The translations under genes and the position numbers were made by a program. Under the pieces are notes generated by a model. That model worked only from the letters and a program-made list of their open reading frames with translations. It searched no databases and was not told the DNA's origin. A stretch of 32,000 nucleotides of DNA from the NCBI RefSeq assembly GCF_001644705.1, contig NZ_CP015137.1:2610001-2642000 (forward strand). The letters are read 5' to 3'. The first letter of the stretch is position 1; each line of letters begins with the position of its first letter. This document shows positions 1 through 8,562 of this stretch, in pieces. This DNA is from Dickeya solani IPO 2222 (GTDB taxonomy: Bacteria > Pseudomonadota > Gammaproteobacteria > Enterobacterales > Enterobacteriaceae).

Positions 1-2
1 TT

Positions 3-839
3 GCCGACCTGAAAACCAAAGACCTGCTGGAGCCGCTGAAAGTCGTCGAACAAAACGGCCATCTTGATTTAGCGTCACGACTGCGCCAGCGCGTCACCGA
101 TATTATGCGTTACGCGGTGCAGAATGACCTGATAGAGCGCAACCCCGCGCAAGACCTCTCCGGCGCGATAGCCGCGCCAAAAGCTACCCATCGGCCAGCC
201 CTGAAGCTGAATAAACTGCCGGATTTTCTGGCACGGATAGAACGCCACAAAGGGCGAGCGTTAACCAAACTGGCCTTAAAACTCACGCTGTGCGTTTTTA
301 TCCGCTCCAGTGAGCTACGTTTTACCCGCTGGCCGGAAATCGATTTTAAACGTGCCATGTGGACGATACCGGCTGAACGTGAAGCCATTCCCGACGTGAA
401 GCATTCGCAGCGCGGCGCAAAGATGCGCTCTGAACATCTGGTGCCGTTATCCCGACAGGCTTTAGCGCTGCTGGAAGAGATTAAGGCCATCAGCGGTGCT
501 CATGAGCTGATTTTCCCCGGCGATCGTCGGCCAACTAAACCGATGAGTGAAAACACCGTCAACAACGCATTACGAACCATGGGCTATGACACCACTACCG
601 AAGTGTGCGGACACGGCTTCCGCACCATGGCCTGTAGCGCACTGGTGGAGTCCGGCCAGTGGTCGCGGGATGCGGTAGAGCGCCAGATGAGTCATCAGGA
701 ACGTAATGGCGTTCGTGCTGCCTACATCCACAAAGCGGAGCATCTGGATGAGCGTAGGCTAATGCTGCAATGGTGGGCGGATTATCTGGATGCGAACAGG
801 GAAGCGTATGTGGTGGCGTATGAGTATAACCCCATTTGA
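3..839 (+). CDS. int: P4-type tyrosine integrase, C-terminal part (gene begins upstream of the window)
   Basis: Frame 3 is open from nt 3 (ADLKTKDLLEPLKVVEQNGHLDLASRL...) and runs into track ORF 105..839. It carries FIRSSELRF (Arg box), HGFRT (H-x-x-R) and VRAAYIH (catalytic Tyr region). It is clearly paralogous to the integrase at 12932..14193. Confidence 0.9.
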   Translation, partial: ADLKTKDLLEPLKVVEQNGHLDLASRLRQRVTDIMRYAVQNDLIERNPAQDLSGAIAAPKATHRPALKLNKLPDFLARIERHKGRALTKLALKLTLCVFIRSSELRFTRWPEIDFKRAMWTIPAEREAIPDVKHSQRGAKMRSEHLVPLSRQALALLEEIKAISGAHELIFPGDRRPTKPMSENTVNNALRTMGYDTTTEVCGHGFRTMACSALVESGQWSRDAVERQMSHQERNGVRAAYIHKAEHLDERRLMLQWWADYLDANREAYVVAYEYNPI

Positions 840-930
840 TTGTGTTACCTATCGGGAGGTCTATCATTCCTTGCTGTAGATTAGAATAGAATAATGATAA
901 ACTGTAAAAAATAATGCATCATGTAACTAT

Positions 931-2163
931 ATGAAAATATTGGTAATAAGTGATTTGCATGTTGGAAAAACTGCCCGCGCTAAAGATTTCTGCACTCTGA
1001 GCAGTGACGCTACGTCTGCGATTACAGAGAATTTTATTGAAGATTTCAGAGAATTGGTTCAGTCAGAAAATCTCAGCGCAACACATTTATTAATCGCCGG
1101 TGATATGACGAATAGTGGGGAAATACCTGAATTTGAAATGGCAGCTGAGAGGATACAAGACATAATAAATATTTTGAGTATTGATCTCAAGAACGTTTAT
1201 TTTGTTCCTGGCAATCATGATGGAAATTGGGGGCATGAGAAAGAATCCTCAAAAAGAGGAGATAAGATAGAAAAAACTAGAGAAGCAAAATATCTTAATA
1301 TAAAAAGCAATGATTTTTTTTCGAGTGTTTTAAATAACACAAGTTTTTCTTCATATTATAAGGACCCATTCTCAGCTATTTGGGAAAGTGATAACATTAT
1401 TGTCGTTGGTGTAAACTCTTCAGCATATGATAGCTGTGATAAAGAGGTTAAGTTTGGAGAAGTCGATTTAAAATGCCTTGATGCATTACAGAAGAAGCTT
1501 CTCGAAATGAAAAAAAAGAAAGATAGACGCCTTAAAATTCTACTAACACATCATCATCCAAAAATTTATACGGATAGAACTTTTGCTGATGCAGATTTAA
1601 GTCAAATGAAGAATGCAGAGGACTTCTTACATTTTGCCAGTAAGAATGAGTTTGACTTTATCGTACATGGTCACAAACACATTCCTCGCTTTAACTTTCA
1701 AGTTGATTCAGATGGTTATGCGGTAAATATTCTTAGTGCAGGAAGTTTTAGTGCCCAATTAAAAGATTGGCATAATGGAGTTGCTAATTTTATTCATTTA
1801 ATTGAACATCATGACTTTTGTCCGGAAAATAATTATTCAAGAGGTAGGGTAATATCATGGTCATATTTTACAAATCATAAATGGAAACATTCTCAATATG
1901 ATAGAGATATGATTAACCATGAGGAGTATTTTGGAAGTGTGCTATCTAAAAATAAACTTAAAGCTATCTTGAAAAGAGAAATTTCCGAGTGGAAGGCTAC
2001 TAAAAAATATGTGAAATGGACTGATGTTGTATTGAAAGAGGATAGCTTGAAGTATTGTAACAGGATGCTATTGTCAAGTGTAATTGATGATTTGTCACAA
2101 GAGTTACAATATGAAGTAATGCCAAGTAGAAATGATGATTTTGTTTTGTTATGGGCGGAATAG
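931..2163 (+). CDS. Calcineurin-like metallophosphoesterase with an uncharacterised C-terminal extension (410 aa)
   Basis: All five MPE motifs are present: D8-L-H10, G57-D58, G94-N-H-D97, H207-H-H209, G247-H-K-H250. The DNA is AT-rich. This is the first gene of a tightly packed three-gene operon 92 nt downstream of int. Confidence 0.85.
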   Translation: MKILVISDLHVGKTARAKDFCTLSSDATSAITENFIEDFRELVQSENLSATHLLIAGDMTNSGEIPEFEMAAERIQDIINILSIDLKNVYFVPGNHDGNWGHEKESSKRGDKIEKTREAKYLNIKSNDFFSSVLNNTSFSSYYKDPFSAIWESDNIIVVGVNSSAYDSCDKEVKFGEVDLKCLDALQKKLLEMKKKKDRRLKILLTHHHPKIYTDRTFADADLSQMKNAEDFLHFASKNEFDFIVHGHKHIPRFNFQVDSDGYAVNILSAGSFSAQLKDWHNGVANFIHLIEHHDFCPENNYSRGRVISWSYFTNHKWKHSQYDRDMINHEEYFGSVLSKNKLKAILKREISEWKATKKYVKWTDVVLKEDSLKYCNRMLLSSVIDDLSQELQYEVMPSRNDDFVLLWAE

Positions 2164-2167
2164 CATT

Positions 2168-3934
2168 ATGAATTATAATGACATTAGTACACTATTCGAA
2201 AGTTCAAACGCAAGAAGCCTGAACTCAAATCAGCTTACAAGTGAATTTATCTGGACAGAATCATTTGATTTGCTTTTTTCAAGTCAAAATCAAGTTATTT
2301 TGGGATCTAGAGGGTCTGGGAAGACTGCCTTAATTAAAATGCTTTCACATGATAACCTTAGTAAATTGGCAACTCATTATCCTAAGGCTAAAGAAATAAT
2401 TGACTCAAGGAAATTTATAGCTACATACGTTCCTTTAAGAGTTGAATGGGTAAACTCTTTGAATAACTTCGAAGAGAAAAAGGAAGAGTATTTTGTTTGG
2501 AGTCTAAATTTATCTTTATGCGCTAAGCTGTTAGACACAATAAGAAGTTGCATTGATTTTTATCTATATGATGAGTTTGAACAATTTACAATCGAAAAAA
2601 ATATTTGCAAGGAAATATCAGGAATATGGTTTTCAGATAATATTTTTAATAATTTAAATTCAATCCGAGACGAGCTAGAAAGAACTGAGTATAGAAAAAA
2701 CTTAGCCTTTAATAAAGAGTCAATGAATATTGAACTATCAAATGATGAGAAAATAATCGGCGAAAGTTTTCATACTACTTTATTTAAGCCATTTGAGTAT
2801 GCGGCTAGAATTACAAAACGATTATTGAGTCTTCCGGAAGAGAGTAAATGGATTATTTGTATTGACGAAGCTGAGTTTCTAACTAAATCACATCATAAAA
2901 CGCTGAATACATTTATGCGTTCAGCAAGTGAGCTTGTTTTTAAAATTACGACTATGCCATATAGACATCATACTTTAAATACTGATGTTAATGCCAATAT
3001 TAATATTGGACATGATTTAGAGTATGTTTATATTGATAAGCTTGGGACATCACAATTAAATCAGCAAACATCGGATAAAGTAATTCAGGAGTTTGCAGAA
3101 AAGCTTTTTTTAAATCGTTTGAAATTTCATGGGGAAAATGAAATTTCATTTGAAGATCTAGTTGGAAAATCTGTTCTGACTCAATCAACACCAGATATCG
3201 CTGAGTTAAATTATGTAATTGAATTAATAAATAAGCATTGTAACGAAGAAACTGTAAAAAGGGCTGAAGTATTGTTCTCAACTAATATAGGAAGTTTTGA
3301 TGATGCGATCGTAAGAAAATTACGAGGGTTACTATTGTTAAGGGAGGAGTATAATAACAAGTCAGGAAATTCTTCATCCTCACTGTACTCGGGTGTCGCA
3401 ATTATTTCTAGATGCTCTGATGGCAATCCAAGACGGCTCTTTAGATTATTTAACCATCTTTTAAGTAATTTGAAAGAACAAAAGAATAGAATATCTAATA
3501 CTAGTCAAAGTGAGCGGTTGAAAAGTTATTCATACAGGGAGTTAGAAGTTATAAAATTTGAAAAAGATGGTGTGAATGCATTTAATTTTATAAATAAAAT
3601 AGGTGGGTATTTTAGAGATAAAAGCCTTGTGGAAAAAATAGGCACAGATACACCTCAGTCTTTCGTTATTGATGGTACGATTTCTGATGAACATTGGAAT
3701 AGCATAAAAACAGCTGTTGATTTAGGGTTGATTTACCCTTATATAAAAAAGGATAGAAATGCTAAGTCATTATTTCCATCAAGAGAGGGGCGATTTATCA
3801 TAGCTAACTGCTTGGCACCCAATTTTAACCTTTTCCCCAGAGTTGGCAGACCTGTTAGATTTCATAATATATTTCGCAATACTAATACCTCTAATGAAGA
3901 AGATCAATTGGAGCTTTTTTCTGATGAAGATTAA
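2168..3934 (+). CDS. P-loop NTPase (588 aa), family unassigned
   Basis: Walker A is ILGSRGSGKT (G46..T53). Walker B is WIICIDEAEF (D233-E234), about 180 aa later. A distal GNPRRLFRLFN motif is reminiscent of KAP/ORC-type NTPases. The ATG at 2168 lies 4 nt after the upstream stop, and the track start at 2132 would overlap gene 1. Confidence 0.8.
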   Translation: MNYNDISTLFESSNARSLNSNQLTSEFIWTESFDLLFSSQNQVILGSRGSGKTALIKMLSHDNLSKLATHYPKAKEIIDSRKFIATYVPLRVEWVNSLNNFEEKKEEYFVWSLNLSLCAKLLDTIRSCIDFYLYDEFEQFTIEKNICKEISGIWFSDNIFNNLNSIRDELERTEYRKNLAFNKESMNIELSNDEKIIGESFHTTLFKPFEYAARITKRLLSLPEESKWIICIDEAEFLTKSHHKTLNTFMRSASELVFKITTMPYRHHTLNTDVNANINIGHDLEYVYIDKLGTSQLNQQTSDKVIQEFAEKLFLNRLKFHGENEISFEDLVGKSVLTQSTPDIAELNYVIELINKHCNEETVKRAEVLFSTNIGSFDDAIVRKLRGLLLLREEYNNKSGNSSSSLYSGVAIISRCSDGNPRRLFRLFNHLLSNLKEQKNRISNTSQSERLKSYSYRELEVIKFEKDGVNAFNFINKIGGYFRDKSLVEKIGTDTPQSFVIDGTISDEHWNSIKTAVDLGLIYPYIKKDRNAKSLFPSREGRFIIANCLAPNFNLFPRVGRPVRFHNIFRNTNTSNEEDQLELFSDED

Positions 3935-4874
3935 AATACTAGATATATCTCGAACTGAATTATTAAGTTCAAAATATGACATTGCCTTTATTGGATTAGG
4001 ATATGAACCTCGTTGCACATATATCTCAAAAATACTGGATATTGATGCAGTAGGAAAAGTTGTTGCTTTTTCTTTTGTTGAGAGTAAAGAAAATTCGAAT
4101 AAAATCAAAAGCCACGAATACCTTTTAAAAAAATGGTCTAACAAAATGAATATGATAGAGTTAGAACATTCTAATGTAAAAGAAGTTTATAGTACCCTTA
4201 ATAAATATCTTTGTACGATAGAAAAAGATATTATACATATACTAATCGATTATAGCTCGATGTCCAGGAATTGGTATTCTGCTATATTGAATTATGTCAT
4301 TCGGTTCTTTCCAAAAAAAATTATTATTGACTTGGTCTATTCGTCAGCAGAATACCCAAAGAATGATGAATTTTATGATTTTGAATTAGGTGATATAAAA
4401 ATTTTACCTGGATGTGAAGGATCATCAATAACAAAGAAAAAGAAATGTGCTATTTTTATGTTGGGGTTTGATAATGTTGGCCCACAAAGTTTTTTTAACC
4501 TTTTAGAACCAGAATTAAGTTTTGGTGTTATTGCATCTCCTGGAGCATTGCCTGATTATGAAAAAATTGCTTTCACCCGTAATCAGTATTTTATAGATCA
4601 TCAGTTGTTAGAAGGTAAAAACTTACTTAAATTACCCATTTCAAGTTTAGCTGTCACATTTGAAAATTTATGCCAATTAATTCAGCCTCTTAGGGTGGAC
4701 TATAACATATCTATTATCCAGTTTGGACCAAAGCCACATATTGTTGCATCTACTTTAGCCGGTATATTTTTTGAAAATGTGAGCTGTATTTATAGTGAGT
4801 ATAATAGATCAAAACCTTTTGATGTTGTACATAATGGTGAGCTGGTTATATCAAGAATATTCTCTGATAAGTGA
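3924..4874 (+). CDS. Hypothetical protein (316 aa), third gene of the MPE/NTPase operon
   Basis: It is a long ORF in the same AT-rich codon style. The ATG at 3924 (MKIKILDISR...) follows GGAG at 3910..3913 and overlaps the NTPase stop by 11 nt. I recognise no motif. The alternating hydrophobic/helical pattern suggests an alpha/beta fold. Confidence 0.65.
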   Translation: MKIKILDISRTELLSSKYDIAFIGLGYEPRCTYISKILDIDAVGKVVAFSFVESKENSNKIKSHEYLLKKWSNKMNMIELEHSNVKEVYSTLNKYLCTIEKDIIHILIDYSSMSRNWYSAILNYVIRFFPKKIIIDLVYSSAEYPKNDEFYDFELGDIKILPGCEGSSITKKKKCAIFMLGFDNVGPQSFFNLLEPELSFGVIASPGALPDYEKIAFTRNQYFIDHQLLEGKNLLKLPISSLAVTFENLCQLIQPLRVDYNISIIQFGPKPHIVASTLAGIFFENVSCIYSEYNRSKPFDVVHNGELVISRIFSDK

Positions 4875-5278
4875 TACGGAAGTGTTTTATTTAAAACGCA
4901 CGATGTCAATGGTGTGTATTTACTGATGAATAACTAGGTTATCATTTTATTCTTAGATGAGAAAATAAATTTTTTAGAATGAGTCTATACAGGTTGATTA
5001 CTATTATTTAAACTTTTTTTGGAAAATAATTATGATTTTTAGATTGTAAATTTTAATGGCTAAAATAAATTTGCTGGTTTTTATTGAAAAGGGTGAAGTA
5101 CAATGCGCGATGTGAAATCACTGATGATAATTATTAAATACCATAACAAAAAAATTACAACCCACTTTCATGTTGCTATTTAGAATCATTGCCATGAAAT
5201 TTTCAAGCCATTCAATAGCTATTATTGATTTCTATACCGCGCCAGCTTTTTTTTAGGAGGGGCTGACGCTCATTTTTC

Positions 5279-5542
5279 TTATGTGGATGATTTTTCCTGC
5301 GACTCATAATACCCACGTATCATTTCTGCCAGATCGTCTTCCACCGTATAAAAATAGCAAGCCGGAACCCGTAACACCGATGCTAACCGGCAGGCGAGTT
5401 CAAAATCCGGTGTGTGGATGCCGCGCTCATATTGATTCATGCGAGCGCTGGCCGTCGCTTCATCAATTCCGGCAAGAATACCTAAGCGTTCCTGTGACAG
5501 ACCGGCTTTTACACGTGCGGCTTTTAAGCGATGAGGTAGCAT
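5279..5542 (-). CDS. XRE-family helix-turn-helix repressor (87 aa)
   Basis: The sequence LKAARVKAGLSQERLGILAGIDEATASARMNQYERG is a typical HTH_3. The start at 5542 is preferred because GGGGA lies 6 nt upstream, and the track start at 5581 has no SD. Confidence 0.8.
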   Translation of the reverse strand: MLPHRLKAARVKAGLSQERLGILAGIDEATASARMNQYERGIHTPDFELACRLASVLRVPACYFYTVEDDLAEMIRGYYESQEKSST

Positions 5543-5590
5543 GAGAATCCCCGTTTTTGACTGACTTGCCGCGATTCTCATCTGTGCGTC

Positions 5591-5619
5591 TTGAAATTAT
5601 ACTAAGTAATACTTAGTAT
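5591..5619. promoter_or_regulatory. Divergent promoter/operator: 21-bp perfect palindrome overlapping a sigma70-like promoter
   Basis: ATACTAAGTA-A-TACTTAGTAT (5599..5619) is a perfect 10+1+10 inverted repeat. TTGAAA (5591..5596) and TAGTAT (5614..5619), 17 nt apart, resemble -35/-10 boxes for the + strand Ner-like gene. Confidence 0.5.
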
Positions 5620-5659
5620 TTAGTGTGTCTGTTTACATGAGGTCTTAACGGGGGAAGAT

Positions 5660-5947
5660 ATGACACCACATAATGACTGGCATCCAGCGGATATTGTTGC
5701 TGCTTTACGAAAACGAGGTACTAACGTGTCGGCGCTGTCACGCTCGGCAGGACTCAGTTCATCAACGCTTGCCAATGTATTTTCCCGTCCGTGGCCGAAA
5801 GGGGAATGGCTTGTGGCAACGGCGCTGGACGTGCATCCTGCTGAAATCTGGCCCAGCCGCTATTTTGATGCTTCTGGTATGCTACAGGACAGGAAACCGC
5901 GAAGAGGAAAAGGGCCAGATGGAGAGAGTGAAAAATCTGTTATCTGA
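5660..5947 (+). CDS. Ner/Nlp-family DNA-binding protein (95 aa)
   Basis: DWHPADIVAALRKRGTNVSALSRSAGLSSSTLANVFSRPWPKGEWLVATALDVHPAEIWPSRY matches the Mu Ner / E. coli Nlp (SfsB) pattern as I remember it. A strong SD (GGGGGAAG) precedes the ATG. Confidence 0.85.
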   Translation: MTPHNDWHPADIVAALRKRGTNVSALSRSAGLSSSTLANVFSRPWPKGEWLVATALDVHPAEIWPSRYFDASGMLQDRKPRRGKGPDGESEKSVI

Positions 5948-6179
5948 TGAATCATCAGTAACTATCTATTTTTCAAATGAATACCTGCATATACAGGCTG
6001 CGGGGAAAGCGCTGTTAACTATTCCACTCAAAAACTTCCCACGTCTTGAACGTGCTACGGTCGAGCAGCGGAATAATTTCAGGTTGAGTTATCGCGGTGT
6101 ACATTGGGAAACGCTTGATGAAGATATAAATATTGGGGCGCTTTATGCTGGCGCAATCAAGGATATGACCAACCAATAA
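5919..6179 (+). CDS. DUF2442-like small protein (86 aa)
   Basis: This is the C-terminal part of track ORF 5673..6179. It has the DUF2442-type pattern IPLKNFPRLERATVEQRNNFRLSYRGVHWETLDEDINIGAL. The ATG at 5919 follows GAGGAAAAGGG. The N-terminal 82 codons of the track ORF overlap the Ner-like gene out of frame. Confidence 0.55.
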   Translation: MERVKNLLSDESSVTIYFSNEYLHIQAAGKALLTIPLKNFPRLERATVEQRNNFRLSYRGVHWETLDEDINIGALYAGAIKDMTNQ

Positions 6180-6197
6180 TGTGTTAGTCATCTGGGG

Positions 6198-6400
6198 TTT
6201 CCCCCACATTGTCCCCACTTCGTGAGGGATCATTTCTTCCCCCACCTGATTTTTATGATTACGCTAAAAATGATTATTTATTATATAGTTAAATTATTCC
6301 CCCACTTTGCGCCTATATACCGCCGGGAAGTGGGGGAGTGTTCAGGACATTATGGGCAGAGACACAATCACTCCCTCTTTTCCCCCGATTAATCCCCCAC
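6198..6400. repeat. Iteron cluster (TCCCCCAC-type) flanking an AT-rich block; putative replication origin
   Basis: CCCCCAC or near-copies occur at 6201..6207, 6213..6218, 6239..6245, 6299..6305, 6382..6386 (degenerate) and 6394..6400. One inverted copy, GTGGGGG, lies at 6330..6336. An AT-rich stretch at 6250..6298 sits between them. The cluster is immediately 3' of the RepA-like gene. Confidence 0.55.
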
Positions 6401-7467
6401 TTTATTGCGTTGCGATAAGGGCATAATGCGTTCACCGTCAAAGGCGATCAGGCCATCCTTTTCCAGCTTGTCCAGCCAGCGGGTGAATTTCTTGTTCACA
6501 TCAAACCCCATTGCTCTCATATCATCTCGCACGAGTGAACGAGTGCAGCCTTCACCGTTGGCCGTGCGTGAGCGAATAGCCTGCCATAGGGCGAAATGAT
6601 TTTCCGTCAGCCGCGAAATACCCGCTAAATCGGGGTCGCTGGCAACATCAACTTCTTTGACCTCACGGCCTTCATCGTTCAGCACCAGTGAAGTAATCTG
6701 GTCACCATCATCATCCACGTACAGATCGACGACATTCAAGTCATAGGCGCGACGTAGCGGCTCTTCCGCATCCTTCATCTTGGTGCAACTGAGAATCAAC
6801 GCACCACCTTCACCTTCACGCCTTACGTTAAATTCCACGTCCAGCGCGGCACGAAAGGCGCTGGAGCCTCGCGCCCCTTTGTCCTGTCTTTACCGGAATG
6901 ATGGATAATCAGCACGGTAGCCTGTGTCGCTGCTTTGATCGCATCGCATCCCTGAATGAAAGCGCCCATATCTTTAGCCGCATTCTCATCCGAACCGCCA
7001 AAACAGCGGGCGAGCGTATCCAGAATAATCAGACGAACCGGCATACCGGAGGCGACTTTTACATCCTGGGCGGCGTGTATTACCTGCTGTACGCTCTCCG
7101 GGCTGGCCGGAAAAATCGGGCAATCGACGCGATAAAGCGCATCAATCGGGCTACCGCCGTTAAGCGTCTGCTCCCATGCCCGGATACGGCGGGGAACACC
7201 GATCCCGCCTTCTCCGACCACATAAATCACTGCGCCCTGTGTTACGGGCTTGCCTGCCCAGGGTTTGCCGGTGGCGATATGGCATCCCCACGATACCGCC
7301 AGAAAAGACTTATACGAACCGCTGGCACCGTAGGCACTGGCAACAGATGAACTCGGCAGAAAGCCTTTAATCAGGTAGTCCTGGCGGGTATCAAAACCGT
7401 CAGATCCTTTGCGCAGGGGGAGAGAGGTTCTGAATTCTGCTTCGGTATCCGTTACGAATTTACTCAT
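6389..7467 (-). pseudogene. RepA-like (AAA_25 / RecA-fold) replication ATPase, split by a frameshift
   Basis: Track ORFs 6823..7467 and 6389..6838 are two halves of one protein. The upstream half ends HHSGKDRTKGREAPAPFVPRWTWNLT. An alternative frame of the same DNA reads KGARGSSAFRAALDVEFNVRREGEG and joins the downstream half. The Walker A-like sequence is GASGSYKS and the Walker B-like sequence is LIILD. Confidence 0.7.
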
Positions 7468-7681
7468 CGATTAGCTTCCCCGCTTGCTGTACTCCATCGC
7501 GTTTGCCGATACGCTCAGCAATCCAGTCATTCACTTCGCTTTCCAGCCATGCCACAGAGCGGGAGCCGATTTTAACCGTCTGAGGAAACTCTCTCTGCTT
7601 CATCAGCAGGTAAATCCATGACTTTTTCAGTCCGGTTTTTTTCATCACACCCGATAAGCGAATTAACGTAATATCCGTCAT
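7460..7681 (-). CDS. alpA: AlpA-family prophage/island transcriptional regulator (73 aa)
   Basis: LIRLSGVMKKTGLKKSWIYLLMKQREFPQTVKIGSRSVAWLESEVNDWI is typical of AlpA (MerR-like HTH). The ATG at 7681 follows AGGAGG with a 7-nt spacer, and the track start at 7687 is a TTG. Confidence 0.85.
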   Translation of the reverse strand: MTDITLIRLSGVMKKTGLKKSWIYLLMKQREFPQTVKIGSRSVAWLESEVNDWIAERIGKRDGVQQAGKLIDE

Positions 7682-7683
7682 GA

Positions 7684-8562
7684 TCAATCCTCCTTCCGGG
7701 TGTAAACCCGCTCAACATACCGTCCCCGGCCATCACCATGCCCGAGATCCATGGATGTTAATGCTCTGGCTTCACTGCGGGAAAAACCCTGTGACAGGTA
7801 ATAACGAGTGGCATCCTGTGCCCATGCGTAGCGCAGGCTGTGCGGGGAATAGTGGCCGGTCAGCCCCAAGCGTGTGGTATGCGTGCGCCAGAAGTTCATG
7901 GCGGTTTTCAGGTCGGGTTTATCTATCAGCCTGCCGTTACGCGCCTCAGCCACCTTTAGCGCCTCTTTCACTGCTCGTTGAATCGCTTCGCGATTGATAA
8001 TCCGGGTTTCGCGTGGCCTGCCGCCTTTGGTGCCAAATACCACGGTAAGTGTCTGTTGATGGTGCTCAAGCTGTTTTTCCCATGTTTCTAGCGAGCTGGC
8101 GCATTGCACCGCTTCCTGAGAACGCAGCCCCAGCAATCGGGCAAGCTGAATTGCGCAGGCAAGCCCTTTATCATGCTGTTGCGCCGCGAGCAGAACGGCC
8201 TGATAGCGTTCATCCGGGATGGCAAATTTTGTCCCGGCACGGTTTGCACCGCTCAGCCCCAGCGCGTTATTGGTCAGGCGGTCGGACGCTGCGAGCTTTT
8301 CCCTTCCTCCCTGTTTAAACACCGTGCGCAGCGCTGCCATTTCGTTGTGAAGGGTACGAATGGCAATGCGTTGTGACAGGCGTTCGGTGACATAACTTTC
8401 GATATGTCTGGCTTTGAGGTACTTAACGTCACGCACCTGAATATTCATTGCCAGTAGATGACGGCAAAGCCTGTCCATGATGCGGATACGATCATGAACC
8501 GTCTTGTAGCTCCCGCCAGCTTGTTTCGCCAGCGTGGTCATTTCACGACTTAATTTACTCAT
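7684..8562 (-). CDS. Tyrosine-recombinase-like (phage integrase family) protein (292 aa)
   Basis: The sequence has ARLLGLRSQEA (Arg), HSLRYAWA (H-x-x-R) and GHGDGRGRYVERVY (Tyr region). The stop lies 2 nt before the alpA ATG, which makes an operon int-like > alpA > repA-like. Confidence 0.75.
   Translation of the reverse strand: MSKLSREMTTLAKQAGGSYKTVHDRIRIMDRLCRHLLAMNIQVRDVKYLKARHIESYVTERLSQRIAIRTLHNEMAALRTVFKQGGREKLAASDRLTNNALGLSGANRAGTKFAIPDERYQAVLLAAQQHDKGLACAIQLARLLGLRSQEAVQCASSLETWEKQLEHHQQTLTVVFGTKGGRPRETRIINREAIQRAVKEALKVAEARNGRLIDKPDLKTAMNFWRTHTTRLGLTGHYSPHSLRYAWAQDATRYYLSQGFSRSEARALTSMDLGHGDGRGRYVERVYTRKED

Noticed and set aside
3843-3923. Upstream start codons (3843, 3894) for the third gene of the MPE/NTPase operon
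   Set aside because: They would add a hydrophobic, low-complexity extension that overlaps 40-90 nt of the NTPase C-terminus. The ATG at 3924, with GGAG 10 nt upstream, gives a typical coupled start.
5056-5115. 19-codon ORF (MAKINLLVFIEKGEVQCAM) and other mini-ORFs in the 400-nt AT-rich spacer after the three-gene operon
   Set aside because: It has no SD and no conservation evidence is available. Short ORFs are expected by chance in AT-rich DNA of this length.
5673-5918. N-terminal 82 codons of track ORF 5673..6179
   Set aside because: This part overlaps the well-supported Ner/Nlp-like gene in another frame and has implausible composition. Only the SD-preceded C-terminal 86 codons (DUF2442-like) are retained.
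6198-6400. CRISPR-like array, considered because of the repeated CCCCCAC motif
   Set aside because: The repeats are only 7-10 nt long, irregularly spaced, and one is inverted. No cas genes are present. This fits iterons, not CRISPR.
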